Source: the human T2T-CHM13v2.0 reference genome, Homo sapiens. Taken from it: a stretch of DNA of 64,000 nucleotides. Positions 48,041 through 62,525 of the stretch are shown piece after piece. Location: assembly GCF_009914755.1 (NCBI RefSeq), contig NC_060931.1, one strand, 5' to 3'. The notes beneath the pieces were generated by a model. It was not told where the DNA came from. It searched no databases and saw only the letters and a program-made list of their open reading frames with translations. Position numbers and translations under genes: made by a program. The stretch's first letter is position 1. The number at the start of each line of letters is the position of its first letter.

Positions 48041-51000
48041 CTAAAAAAAAGACTCCATTTCAAAAACAAAACTAAAACCAAAAACACAACACAAATGTAG
48101 TACACAAATGAAAATAATTACTGTGTTAAACACAGTTTCATAGAAAATAAAAGACCAATCAAATACAATAAGCTGCCTTTTTAGATGGGTATGTTATTCT
48201 TCTTTCACAGCTAAAGAAACAGGCTCAGAGAATGTTATTTGATTGGACCGTGTTGCATTTCTGGACAGTGCAGCTGAGATCAGACTTTGTGTGTAACTCC
48301 ACTAGCCTACCAGGGTGCCTCTCATAAAGGTAAGAAATGTAAATTTGGCCTAATATACAAAGTTGCCAGGGCAGCACTGGGTCAATTCTACATACAGTAC
48401 TTCTATGTTCATCAAGGGAAACCTTAAGGGAAAGTGAAAATGCTTCTAGAAGGCGACTGGACACCAGCGCCTTTGCTTGTTGCCTTTGGGCTCTTCTTCT
48501 AAGGCCAACAGTGACCTGAAATTATTGACTGGCTTTTCCAATCAAGTGGACAAAATGGTACCAAGGTCACCAACATCGATATAGAACATCGATGTTCTAC
48601 AACATTGCTTAACGCAAGGGGAGACGCTCCTGACTCAGAGTGTTTAATTGCTCACCTACTTCTTTTTCTGCCCTCTTGGGCTTCTGAAATGAAAAGAACC
48701 CTGGGGTGATACAGTGAGTCAAAGGGGTGCCAGCCGCATCACAGCAAAATAGATTCCTAAAAAATCCCTGGCCTAAGATGACAGCCTTGGCTGGATCAGT
48801 TTGAATGTGCTGATAGTGGACATGGTAGAATGAAGGTGGTTGAAATGTTCATATTAAAGAACTTCCACCCAGATTGCAAGAAAAGAGAGAAGAATGGAGA
48901 CGGCAGCACGAGCCCCTACAATAAAAGCAGATGTTTTGAGATCAGTTATATTTCTTCTGACAAAAATTAAAGACAGAAACCAAAGTTTAGCCTGAGACTA
49001 CAATTAATTGGGCAATAAGCCAGAGGCACATATGGCATAAGACAGATTTAAACATTTCTCCCTGATATTAATACAAACACTAAAATTACAAATACTTTGA
49101 TTCCAAATAAAACAAATATTTAAAAAATTTAATGAATAAACACTGGGGTCTACAGTAGTATTTGAAGATCTCACAAACAGGTTTGGTTTTTGAAGGTTAG
49201 AACTGGTGGTCTAGAGAATTCATTTCATTCCAGAGAAAGAAAGAGAGGAATTTCTTGGGTTCCTTCAGGAATGCGTCTAGCTTTGCCTCATCTTTGTTTG
49301 AACTATGGATACGGCAGAAGAAAACATGAGGATTTCACAGATTTAAGGTGCAAAAAGTCACTGGGTTCTCTAAGAAGTCTGGGATTCTTCTGCTGGAAAA
49401 ATAAGTTTGTTGAGAAAAAATGAGTTGGAGGAGGCTGTTATTGAAGTGAAGCAGAATTGTTTTTACTAGTCTGCTTATTACCCACTCTGTAGTGTGGAAA
49501 CAAATTATTCATGCACAAGGTCCTCTTACTGTTCCTAGAATGCAGTGGAAAGAGAACAGATTAGTTTTCCTCCCTCAGAACACAACCCCTAGAAACATCC
49601 TACCTCAGATGAGATATTGCCTAATTATTTTCAAAAGACAGTGAAACATCATGGATGTAAATGTTTGCTACAAAATAAATACATGCTAGAAACAGAAGCA
49701 TCTGGGTCACAGCTATATTAGAGCTACCTGTGTTCCCCTGTCACTGACATTAAAACAAAAATGTCCAATACAATCATTCACAGCGTGGGAGAGGGGAAGT
49801 TGAAGGATGGAAAGGCCAGGCATAAAAGGATTTCAGAATTTCCGTCCATAAGGAAGTGGCTTTGTGCACTGTCTGTTACTGCGTGCAAGGTGAAATTTGA
49901 AGAATGAAAACGTGCAGTAACAAGGGCTCCTTTGTCCAACTCACCTCTCCAGATACCAACTTTCAGACATGTTGCATTTTAATTGAAAGGTTGATATAAT
50001 TTTTTTTAAAGAACACTTGCGGTGTTTGAAGTGACAAAGGCTGCTGTGACAAAAAAGCAGGGAAAGGGAATTTTTTTTTAAAAGCAAACAACAACAACAG
50101 AAACCCCACAGAAAAGCAAACAACAAACAAACAAAAAACAGAGGAAGTAGTCGAACACCCTGGGCTGTGACTACTTCCAGGAAGGGGCTACAAGAGGCAG
50201 TTGGAAATTCTATTTGTTTTGCAACTGTGGGTTTTCCGGCCTGCTTCCTTTCTAAAGCATATTACTCTGCTTTTGGTTCATGAAGTTATCCATTTCTGTT
50301 TTCTGGAACAGCTATGTATTTTCTTTATCTATCATCTATCTATCTATTTACCATCTATCTTTTCTACCTTTCGCTATCAAGAGCTTGGGTCAAGCAGGAT
50401 AGAATTCCAGTGTATGTTCACTCTACCATTTAAAACAAGAGCTCTTGTAGGCATTCTCCATCACATCATAAACCTGAGCTTTCTAAAACAGGGTGTGGCA
50501 AACTACCATGCATGGACCATGTCTGACACAGTCTGCATTTGTAAGTAAAGTTGTAATGGGACACAGCCAATACATGTGTTACATAATGTCTCTGGCTACT
50601 TTCATGGTATAATGGAAGAGCTGAGTCATTGAGAGAGAGACCATATGGCTTGGAAAACTTAAAATATTTAACATTTAGCCCCCTGCAGAAAATACTTGCT
50701 GACTCTTGTTTTAAAAGATCTCTGTTTAGAATGCTACCTATTGCGTTCTGGATAGAATCACAACTCTTTACCACAATCGACACAGCTTCAGCCCTGCTTC
50801 TATATCCAGCCTCATCTATTTCTGCTCCTCCTCCTTATTTTCCTTCTGGCCATGCTGATGGATTGTCAGCTTCCCAGATGTGCAAGAATCTCTCCTCCCT
50901 TCCCAACATTCTCATGCTCTCCCTCTGCCTCTGAAGAACTTCCTGCCCCATCTCTCATGACAAATCCTTTCTACATTCTTTAAGATGCAGCCCCTTTGCT

Positions 51001-51892
51001 CCTTCCTTAAGGATGTCTGTCTGGCTCTATTTTGGGTGACGTGCTCCTTCTGCATCTCCCAGAGCCAGCCTGTGTGTGTCAGCTACAACATTTCTTTGCA
51101 TCTCTGTGTCATATATCACCAAATCTGCCTAAGCTTGCATGAGTCACTGCATGACAACTTCAGACTCCACCAGCATTGTCCCCACTAACCACAAGGCTTA
51201 GACATTCGTCCAGTATGCTCGGGGTTGTGGGGTGGTAGCAGTAACCGGCTGGTGACCATCATTTCTTATATCAGAATCAAATCTGTAGATCTCTGCCATT
51301 CATAAGTATTTGGAGTTTAAAATTAGCATAAAGATTTTCCTTAAAATAAGAACAAATGGCTTGAGTAGGCTTTTGGAACACAGGATGTTTCCACTGGTTC
51401 ATTTCTGTGTTCAATATTCCCACATGAATCTAAACACGGCTCTGCTCTTAGTAGCTATGTGACCCTAGGAAAGTCACTCAATCTCCCTCAGCTAAATTTT
51501 GTTGTGTGAGTAATGAGGAGAGAGTTGTGATTTGTATTTAGTGAAAAATAACAAACAAAAGGCATTTAGATTTCTGGAACCTGGTATGTAGTAGAACCTC
51601 ATGAAATACTAGCTCTGTTGAAAAAACTAGACTGAAAGAAGCTTACAAAGTCAACAAGAGTTTGAGGCAGTGAAGGACTTAGAGGAGGAGCTGCTGCTGC
51701 AGCCTGTAGCTCCTGGAAGCCCGTTTTGTCCATGATTTAGCAGGAATGCATTACCCTTCCATGAGGAGGCACTGCCCACAGAAACCAAGGCCATTCTTTG
51801 AAGACAAACATGTCTTAATAGCCTTTACATTATGTAATAGTGTAATACAAATAATAATTTATTATTAGTAATAATGTGAAATTATTTACAGT

Positions 51893-52667
51893 ACCCTAAC
51901 CCTAACCCTAACCCCTAATCCTAACCCTAACCCTAACCCCTAACCCTAATCCTAACCCTAACCCTAACCCTAACCCTAACCCCTAACCCTAACCCTAAAA
52001 CCCTAACCCTAAAACCCTAACCATAACCCTTACCCTTACCCTAATCCTAACCCTAATCCTTACCCTTACCCTTACCCTGACCCTAACCCTAATCCTTACC
52101 CTTATCCTACCCCTAACCCTTAACCCCTAACCGCTAGCCCTAACCCTTAACCCTAACCATAACCCTAAAACGCTAACCCTCATCCTCACCCTCACACCTC
52201 ACCCTCACCCAAACCATAATCCCTAACCCCTAACTCTTAACCCCTAACCCTAACCCTTGACCCTAACCCTTGACCCTAACCCCTGACCCTGACCCTTAAC
52301 CCTAACCCTAACCCCTAACCCTAACCCTTAACCCTTAAACCTTAACCCTCATCCTCACCCTCACCCTCACCCCTAACCCTAACCCCTAACCCAAACCCTA
52401 ACCCTAAACCCTAACCCTAAACCCAACCCAAACCCTAACCTGAACCCTAACCCGAACCATAAACCTGAACCCTAAATCCGAACCTGAACCCGAACCCTAA
52501 CCATAACCCAAACCCGAACCCAAACCCTAACCCCTAACCCCTAACCCTAACCCTACCCTAACCCAACCCTAACCCAACCCTAACTCTAGCCCTAGCCCTA
52601 GCCCTAGCCCTAAGCCCTAAGCCCTAAGCCTAACCCCAACCCCAACCCCAACCCTAACCCTAACCCT
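51893..52667 (-). repeat. Interstitial telomeric repeat (CCCTAA)n with variant repeats
   Basis: CCCTAA plus CCTTAC, CCCTCA, CCCTGA, CCCGAA, CCCTAG and CCCCAA blocks; TTAGGG is on the minus strand. Confidence 0.98.
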
Positions 52668-52729
52668 TCCTCAGCCTCTCAACCTGCTTGGGTTATAGGT
52701 ATGAGCCCGGGTGCCTGGCCAAACATTCC

Positions 52730-53530
52730 ATTTTATATGTATATGCTAGGAATGGATAATCTCTACACCAAATTATGAAAATTCTACCTTAAACAATACC
52801 AATAGCAATATTATACTTAGGAATAAATGGAATGAAACGACAAGACTTAGATGAGGGAAATTATAAGACATTACTTAAGGAAATTAAACTTCCAGTAAAT
52901 GTAAAAATGTATCTTATTTGTGGATTTGTAGACCACATTGTTAAGTTTCCCAAAGTACACAAAGCAATCCGTGGATTCGATGTTATTCCTACAAAAATCC
53001 CAAAGGCCTTGGGACAGAAGTGGATAAGCTGATCCTGATCACATCCCAATTTCAAATTTTATTACAAAGGAACAGTAATAAAAACAGTGGGATCCTTGCA
53101 CAGGAATAAACAGAAAGATCAACTGAATTGAATTGGGAGTCCAGACAGAAAACAATACCTCTATGCTCAACTGATTTTAGACAAGGTCCATTACCAGTAA
53201 ATTGGGGAAAGAATCCTGTCCTCAACAAGTGATGTAAGGCAACTTGCTATCCACATAAAGGGAAATGAAATTGTATCCTTACCTCATACCACATAAAAAA
53301 TTAACTTACAATGGATCAAAGACCAAAACAGGTGAAAACTAAAAACTCTGGAAGAAAACGTACAGTTAAGCATTCATGACCTTACACGTAGCAATAGTTT
53401 CCTACATCTGACACCAAAAGCACAGACCACAAAAGGAAAAATAAATCAATTTATTTCCTCAAAATTCACAACTTTTACGTCTCAGAAGACATGAAGAAAA
53501 AAGTTGAAAGACAAAATGTTATAATAGGAA
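52730..53530 (+). mobile_element. Old L1 (L1M) ORF2 3' fragment
   Basis: Decayed ORF2 motifs (NYKTLLKEIK, IPTKIP, CTGATTTTAGACAAGG, AATGGATCAAAGAC). Confidence 0.8.
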
Positions 53531-53544
53531 AAACAACTGTCTTA

Positions 53545-54850
53545 TAGTATACTCTCAACACTCAACACAGAACACTTCTGTTACCAGATACATGGGTTTT
53601 TTCCCCACACAGACCAAATCTTGGGTACCAGCTGCGTGTCCTACAGTGCAATCCAATTGTGACAGTAAATGGAGAAAGCATCAGACCCCACAGGCTAAGG
53701 GCTCAGTCCTAGGAATACACGTCATGCCCCTTGTCGCTTGCAAATTTAAATGACAAACACAAGGATGGTAAAAAGATAGTGACTTTATGCCAGAGCTTAG
53801 CTGAAGGGAACATACAGGCTCTTGCCTTAAGGGAAGCGCTTCCACTTTCTGGGCAGAAAGCTGGGCTTTCGGACTTGCCAGAATGGCATGCAGGGGATGA
53901 GGTGAGGAGGTGCGGGGTCTATGGGACATGCTCTGATGTTTTCTCCATTAGGTGGTCTTGCTAGCACCACCACGGGCAGAGCCAGGTTGTAAATTGACTG
54001 TTGTCTGCTGCCAATCTACTGGTGGGGGAGAGATATGGAAGTGCCAGTTTGTTTCAAGGTTTGGTCCCTGGAACTTATAAGTAATCACACAGTTGGAAAA
54101 GTTTGCAGTATAGGAAGTGTCTGGTGGAGAGACAGTAAAGCTTATAATTGCATTCCTAAAGAGCTAAGTGCAGGAACAGCAAAATGGTAAAACTAATTCA
54201 TTTCTTCTTTAAGAAAATATGGGTACTAAGTTACAAGACTGTAACCACTTAAGATGCCAACCACAAACAGTAGGTTCCCAGGTTACCTTCTGTCTGACTT
54301 TCCTACAGATTGGAGACTCCCACAACACCCTTATTGGGTTCAGCAATTTGCTACATCACATTACACAACCCATGAAAGCAGTGTACTTACTATTCCTGAC
54401 TCATTACCAAGGATCTTTTAAACACTACAAATGAAAAGCCAGATGAAGAGATGCACAAGGTGAGGTATATGGAAGGAATGCAGGCCTCCCATGCCCTCAC
54501 CAGATATGATCCTCCCAGTATCTCTTGTGTTGGGAGAGCAACACAGATGCTCTCCCAACCCTGTCCTTTATTACACAGGCAGATTGGTTACGTCTGTGGC
54601 CATAGGTGATCAACTCAACCATCAGCACCTCTCCCCTTCACAGAGACGGGACGGGGGAAGAAATTTCAAATTCTCTCATGACAAGGTTGCTTCCCTTGGC
54701 AGCCAGCCCCACTGAGGCTGTCCAGGTGCCCCCAGCCATCAATCATTTCATTAGCGTACGAAAGACACATTACTTCGTACATTCCCAAGGCTTAGCGCTC
54801 TGTTTCAGGACACTGCAGCAGAGACCACACATTAACTCTTATTACGTTCC
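53545..54850. mobile_element. MER21-family LTR with an internal insertion
   Basis: CATCAGACCCCACAGGCTAAGGGCTCAGTCC, AGATGCCAACCACAA, CCAGATGAAGAGATGCACAAGG. Confidence 0.6.
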
Positions 54851-54859
54851 AACAACCTA

Positions 54860-55290
54860 TAAAATGGAAGAAAATGTCTGCACATTAGATACTTCATCAG
54901 TGTCTGTTATCCAGAATGTATAAAGAACTTTTACAACTCCATAGCAAAGACAACCCAATCTAAAAATTGACAAAAGACACACTTCACCAACAAGCACATG
55001 AAAAGATGCTTAACATCATTACCATAATTAAAACCATAAAGAGATAACCCTTAACTCACACAAGAATAGTTATACTAAAAAATAACAAGTGTTGACAAAG
55101 ATGTGCAGAAACTTGAACTCTTAAACACTGCTTGTGACAATATGAAATGGTGCAGCCTACGTGTAAAATAATTTGATGTTTCCTCATAAAGTTACAAATA
55201 GATTTACCATATGAGTTAATGATTCCATTCCTAGGTATATACCCCAAAGACCTGAAAACAACTGTTCAAACAAAAACCTGTATGCTCTTT
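54860..55290 (+). mobile_element. L1M fragment
   Basis: TATCCAGAATGTATAAAGAACT, ATGAAAAGATGCT, CCTAGGTATATACCCCAAAG. Confidence 0.75.
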
Positions 55291-55839
55291 AAATGTGTCA
55301 AGGTCATAAATATGCAGGAAAGTCTGGGGAACAGTTCCAGGAAAAGAAAACTGGATCCTAATAAAAAAAAAAAAAAAAACACATTATACTCCCAAGTGTG
55401 GCATGAGGTAAAACTGAAGTGAGTTTGTGGACCGAATTATCATGTAGGAACAACGCTGATTTCCTGATCTAGGGGTTATGTGGTAGTTACCTGGGAGAGT
55501 GTCCATGCTTTCAGTACAATATACCGGAGTATTTTGTGGGACACTGCAAATCTGGTACAGCAATAACTGTTGGGGAATCTAAGGGAAGAAACAAGCTGTA
55601 CTTTGTACTACTACTGGAAGTTGCCTAGACATATGACATTATTGGAAAATAAGTTACTTTTTAAAACAACCATGTCAATACCATGCCAGGAAAGCAGACA
55701 CATCATCAAAATCCATTACAGAGGCTATAGTTCAGCCAAAGCTGTAAAACCCTTAACAAAGTCTCAATGTCAACAGAGTCCACTTAGTAGATATTATTAT
55801 ATTTATTAGTATTAGAGGCCATTGTGTCAATATATTAGT

Positions 55840-58800
55840 GTTAGGGCATGGTATGGATATTTAGATTAGTGTTAGGGAACGGTGTGGATATTGTATTGGT
55901 GTTGGGGAATGGTGCAGATATTACATCAGTGTTAGGGCATGGTGTGGATATTATTGCATTAGTATTAGAAGAGATGGTGTGGATTAGATCAGTGATAGGG
56001 CATGGTGTGGATATTATTACATTAGTATTGGAAGCGATGGTGTGGACTAGATCAGTGATAGGGCATGGTGTGGATATTATTACATTAGTATTGGAAGCGA
56101 TGGTGTGGATTAGATCAGTGATAGGGCATGGTGTGGATATTATTACATTGGTATTGGAAGCGATGGTGTGGACTAGATCAGTGATAGGGCATGGTGTGGA
56201 TATTATTACATTAGCACTGGAAGCGATGGTGTGGATTAGATCAGTGATAGGGCATGGTGTGGATATTATTACATTAGTATTGGAAGCGATGGTGTGGATT
56301 AGATCAGTGATAGGGCATGGTGTGGATATTATTACATTAGTACTGGAAGCGATGGTGTGGACTAGATCAGTGATAGGGCATGGTGTGGATATTATCACAT
56401 TAGTATTGGAAGCGATGCTGTGGACTAGATCAGTGATAGGGCATGGTGTGCATATTATTACATTAGTATTGGAAGCGATGGTGTGGATTACATCAGTGAT
56501 AGGGCATGGTGTGGATATTATTACATTAGCATTGGAAGCGATGGTGTGGACTAGATCAGTGATAGGGCATGGTGTGGATATTATTACATTAGTATTGGAA
56601 GCGATGGTGTGGATTAGATCAGTGATAGGGCATGGTGTGGATATTATTACATTAGTACTGGAAGCGATGGTGTGGACTAGATCAGTGATACGGCATGCTG
56701 TGGATATTATCACATTAGTATTGGAAGCGATGGTGTGGACTAGATCAGTGATAGGGCATGGTGTGCATATTATTACATTAGTATTGGAAGCGATGGTGTG
56801 GATTACATCAGTGATAGGGCATGGTGTGGATATTATTACATTAGCATTGGAAGCGATGGTGTGGACTAGATCAGTGATAGGGCATGGTGTGGATATTATT
56901 ACATTAGTATTGGAAGCGATGGTGTGGATTACATCAGTGATAGGGCATGGTGTGGATATTATTACATTAGCATTGGAAGCGATGGTGTGGACTAGATCAG
57001 TGATAGGGCATGGTGTGGATATTATTACATTAGTATTGGAAGCGATGGTGTGGACTAGATCAGTGATAGGGCATGGTGTGGATATTATTACATTAGCATT
57101 GGAAGCGATGGTGTGGATTAGATCAGTGATAGGGCATGGTGTGGATATTATTACATTAGCATTGGAAGCAATGGTGTGGACTAGATCAGTGATAGGGCAT
57201 GGTGTGGATATTATGACATTAGTATTGGAAGCGATGGTGTGGACTAGATCAGTGATAGGGCATGGTGTGGATATTATTACATTAGTATTGGAAGCAATGG
57301 TGTGGACTAGATCAGTGATAGGGCATGGTGTGGATATTATTACATTAGCATTGGAAGCGATGGTGTGGATTAGATCAGTGATAGGGCATGGTGTGGATAT
57401 TATTACATTAGCATTGGAAGCGATGGTGTGGATTAGATCAGTGATAGGGCATGGTGTGGATATTACTACATTAGTATTGGAAGCGATGGTGTGGACTAGA
57501 TCAGTGATAGGGCATGGTGTGGATATTACTACATTAGTATTGGAAGCGATGGTGTGGACTAGATCAGTGATAGGGCATGGTGTGGATATTACTACATTAG
57601 TATTGGAAGCGATGGTGTGGATTAGATCAGTGATAGGGCATGGTGTGGATATTATTACATTAGTATTGGAAGCGATGGTGTGGATTAGATCAGTGATAGG
57701 GCATGGTGTGGATATTACTACATTAGTATTGGAAGCGATGGTGTGGACTAGATCAGTGATAGGGCATGGTGTGGATATTATTACATTAGTATTGGAAGCG
57801 ATGGTGTGGACTAGATCAGTGATAGGGCATGGTGTGGATATTACTACATTAGTATTGGAAGCGATGGTGTGGACTAGATCAGTGATAGGGCATGGTGTGG
57901 ATATTATTACATTAGTATTGGAAGCGATAGTGTGGACTAGATCAGTGTTAGGGCACGGTGTGGATATTACTACATTAGTATTGGAAGCGATGGTGTGGAT
58001 TAGATCAGTGATAGGGCACGGTGTGGATATTATTACATTAGTATTGGAAGCGATGGTGTTTATTAGATCAGTGATAGGGCACGGTGTGGATATTATTACA
58101 TTAGTATTGGAAGCGATGGTGTGGATTAGATCAGTGATAGGGCATGGTGTGGATATTACTACATTAGTATTGGAAGCGATGGTGTGGACTAGATCAGTGA
58201 TAGGGCATGGTGTGGATATTACTACATTAGTATTGGAAGCGATGGTGTGGACTAGATCAGTGATAGGGCATGGTGTGGATATTACTACATTAGCATTGGA
58301 AGCGATGGTGTGGACTAGATCAGTGATAGGGCATGGTGTGGATATTATTACATTAGTATTGGAAGCGATGGTGTGGATATTACTACATTAGTGTTGGAAG
58401 CGATGGTGTGGATTACATCAGTGATAGGGCATGGTGTGGATATTATTACATTAGTATTGGAAGCGATGGTGTGGATTAGATCAGTGATAGGGCATGGTGT
58501 GGATATTATTACATTAGCATTGGAAGCGATGGTGTGTACTAGATCAGTGTTAGGGCATGGTGTGGATATTATTACATTAGTATTGGAAGCGATGTTGTGG
58601 ATTACATCAGTGATAGGGCATGGTGTGGATATTATTACATTAGCATTGGAAGCGATGGTGTGGACTAGATCAGTGATAGGGCATGGTGTGGATATTACTA
58701 CATTAGTATTGGAAGTGATGTTGTGTATTAGATCAGTGATACGGCATGGTGTGGATATTATTACATTAGTATTGGAAGCGATGGTGTGGACTAGATCAGT

Positions 58801-59300
58801 GATAGGGCATGGTGTGGATATTATTACATTAGTATTGGAAGCGATGGTGTGGATTAGATCAGTGATAGGGCATGGTGTGGATATTATTACATTAGTATTG
58901 GAAGCGATGGTGTGGACTAGATCAGTGATAGGGCATGGTGTGGATATTATTACATTAGTATTGGAAGCGATGTTGTCAACTAGATCAGTGATAGGGCATG
59001 GTGTGGATATTATTACATTAGTATTGGAAGCGATGGTGTGGATTAGATCAGTGATAGGGCATGGTGTGGATATTATTACATTAGTATTGGAAGCGATGGT
59101 GTGGACTAGATCAGTGATAGGGCATGGTGTGGATATTATTACATTAGTATTGGAAGCGATGGTGTGGACTAGATCAGTGATAGGGCATGGTGTGGATATT
59201 ATTACATTAGTATTGGAAGCGATGTTGTGGATTACATCAGTGTTAGCGCATGGTGTGAATATTATATAGGTGTTAGGGCACGGTGTAGATATCATAGTAA
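55840..59300. repeat. 63-bp VNTR (~53 copies) made of 35-bp and 28-bp subunits
   Basis: Unit ATGGTGTGGATATTATTACATTAGTATTGGAAGCG + ATGGTGTGGAYTAGATCAGTGATAGGGC; degenerate edges. It generates the 847/298-aa (+) and 290/320-aa (-) repetitive ORFs. Confidence 0.98.
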
Positions 59301-59604
59301 TGTAGAGCACAGTGTGATTATTATATTAGAGGCCACTGTAAGAATATATATTAGCAGCCACTGTGTCTTGGACGTTGACAATGATATTAGGGTGTACTCC
59401 AAATAGTGAGATTTGGGGGCTTTATTTTTCTAGATGAATTTCTTCCTCTGCTGAGTGCTCTAAAGACTCACTCCTTGGCACTCAGGGCCGTGGACAGGAG
59501 CTTTTTACTCACCAATGAAGAACACCAAATTAACACGACCCCCGTGCTGCCCTGAGGAAGTTGAAGCTCCTCGCTGCTTCTGGCACTTCAGCGGGAAGTT
59601 GGTT

Positions 59605-59695
59605 GGGGCGGGATCGCGCGCCCTCTGGTGGCGCCATGGTTCAGCACAGACGCTCTTGCTCACAGTTTCTCGGCGGATGTGCGCCCCCTCCTGGC
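59605..59695 (-). promoter_or_regulatory. Two co-oriented CTCF motifs plus a GC box in a small CpG-rich patch
   Basis: GCGCCCTCTGGTGGC (59618-59632; rc GCCACCAGAGGGCGC), GCGCCCCCTCCTGGC (59681-59695), GGGGCGGG (59605-59612). Confidence 0.7.
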
Positions 59696-59779
59696 TGTCC
59701 TGAAATACCTATAAAATTCAATATTCAGTTTATTCAGTGTCATAATTTTGGAAATTCAAACCGAAATAAAGGCCAGTAT

Positions 59780-61340
<1,561 letters not shown>

Positions 61341-61529
61341 GTATTACCAATGTATGTTGCAAGTGGTGGGCCAAAGGTGCTGAGCTGGAAATGAGTAGAA
61401 TCCATACACTAAAAACAAAACGTACTATATACACGAACAGTGGACTCTATTTTATAAAGTTATTTCCCATAGGGATAATAGTTAATTTTGAAACTACTAT
61501 ATCTGTAAAAAGAAAAATAACCATGATTT

Positions 61530-62525
61530 TCCTCTATACTATCAACACTCCACTTTTAACAGCAAATTGTGGGGGGTGGGGGGTGTTTCCCATACCAACC
61601 AATATTCCAACTCTCTGGAAAACAATTGGGTATCCTGTAATTCAACTGTGACACTGATTACCTGGAGTTAGTATACACCCTACAGGTTAAGGGCTTAGTA
61701 ACACCAGACTGTCCACAACCTCAGATGCCAATCACAAGTTGTGAATCCCCAGTTTACCCAAACTTCTATATGACTTGGCTAGAAACTAGGCATTCCTACA
61801 CCCCCTCTTCAGGTTTGACAATTTGCTATGATGGCTTATGGAACTAGGAAATACTTACTTATGTTTACTAGTTATTATGGTCTCAATGTGTGTACACCCC
61901 CACCCCAAATTCCTATTTTGAAATGTAATCCCCAAAGGGATGGTATTCAGAGGTAACCGAGAGGTGATCGGATCATGAGAGTGCTGTCCTCATGAATGAA
62001 ACCAGTGCCCTTATAAAAGCATCTAGGAGCCCGTTTCCCCATTCTGCCATGTCACGACATGCTAGAAGGCACTATCTATGATAGATGAGCCCTCACTAGA
62101 CATCAAATCTGTCAGCCTTGATCTGGAACTTTCCAAATTCCATATTTTAGGAATTTTTATGGAAGCTTCATCATGTAGACATGACGGATTATTAACTCAA
62201 TTTCCAGTCCCTTCACACCCTCAAAGGATTGCATGTTAAGCTAAAAGTTACAACCTTCTTATCATGGCTTGGTCTTTCTGGTGACCATCCCCATCCTGAA
62301 ACCATCCAGGAACCCACAGAGTGTCCTTATTAGAACAGAAGCCATTCCTATTATCCAGGAGATTCCAAGAGATTTAGGAACTCTGCGTCAGGAACCAGGG
62401 CCAAAGACCAAATATTAGAACACAAGATGCTCCTAGCACCCCTACTGTTCAGGAAATTATAATAGTTTTAGAAGCTCTGTACCAGGAACTGCAGACACAG
62501 ACCAAACATATATTTCTTATTAAGT
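61530..62525. mobile_element. MER21-family LTR with a nested MaLR (MST-like, ~61870-62130)
   Basis: TACCTGGAGTTAG, CAGATGCCAATCACAAG, CCAAAGACCAAATATTAG; nested TGAAATGTAATCCCC..CCTCATGAATG. Confidence 0.6.

Noticed and set aside
52668-55800. DDX11L/WASH block expected after a subtelomeric CCCTAA array
   Set aside because: The sequence is L1 and MER21 remnants; no DDX11L or WASH similarity was recognised.
55848-58391. 847-aa ORF as a real gene
   Set aside because: It is entirely a translation of the 63-bp tandem repeat, with no unique domain or gene structure. Kept only as a finding.
59618-59695. 63-bp CTCF spacing equal to the VNTR period, implying common origin
   Set aside because: No sequence similarity between the CTCF patch and the VNTR unit; probably coincidence.
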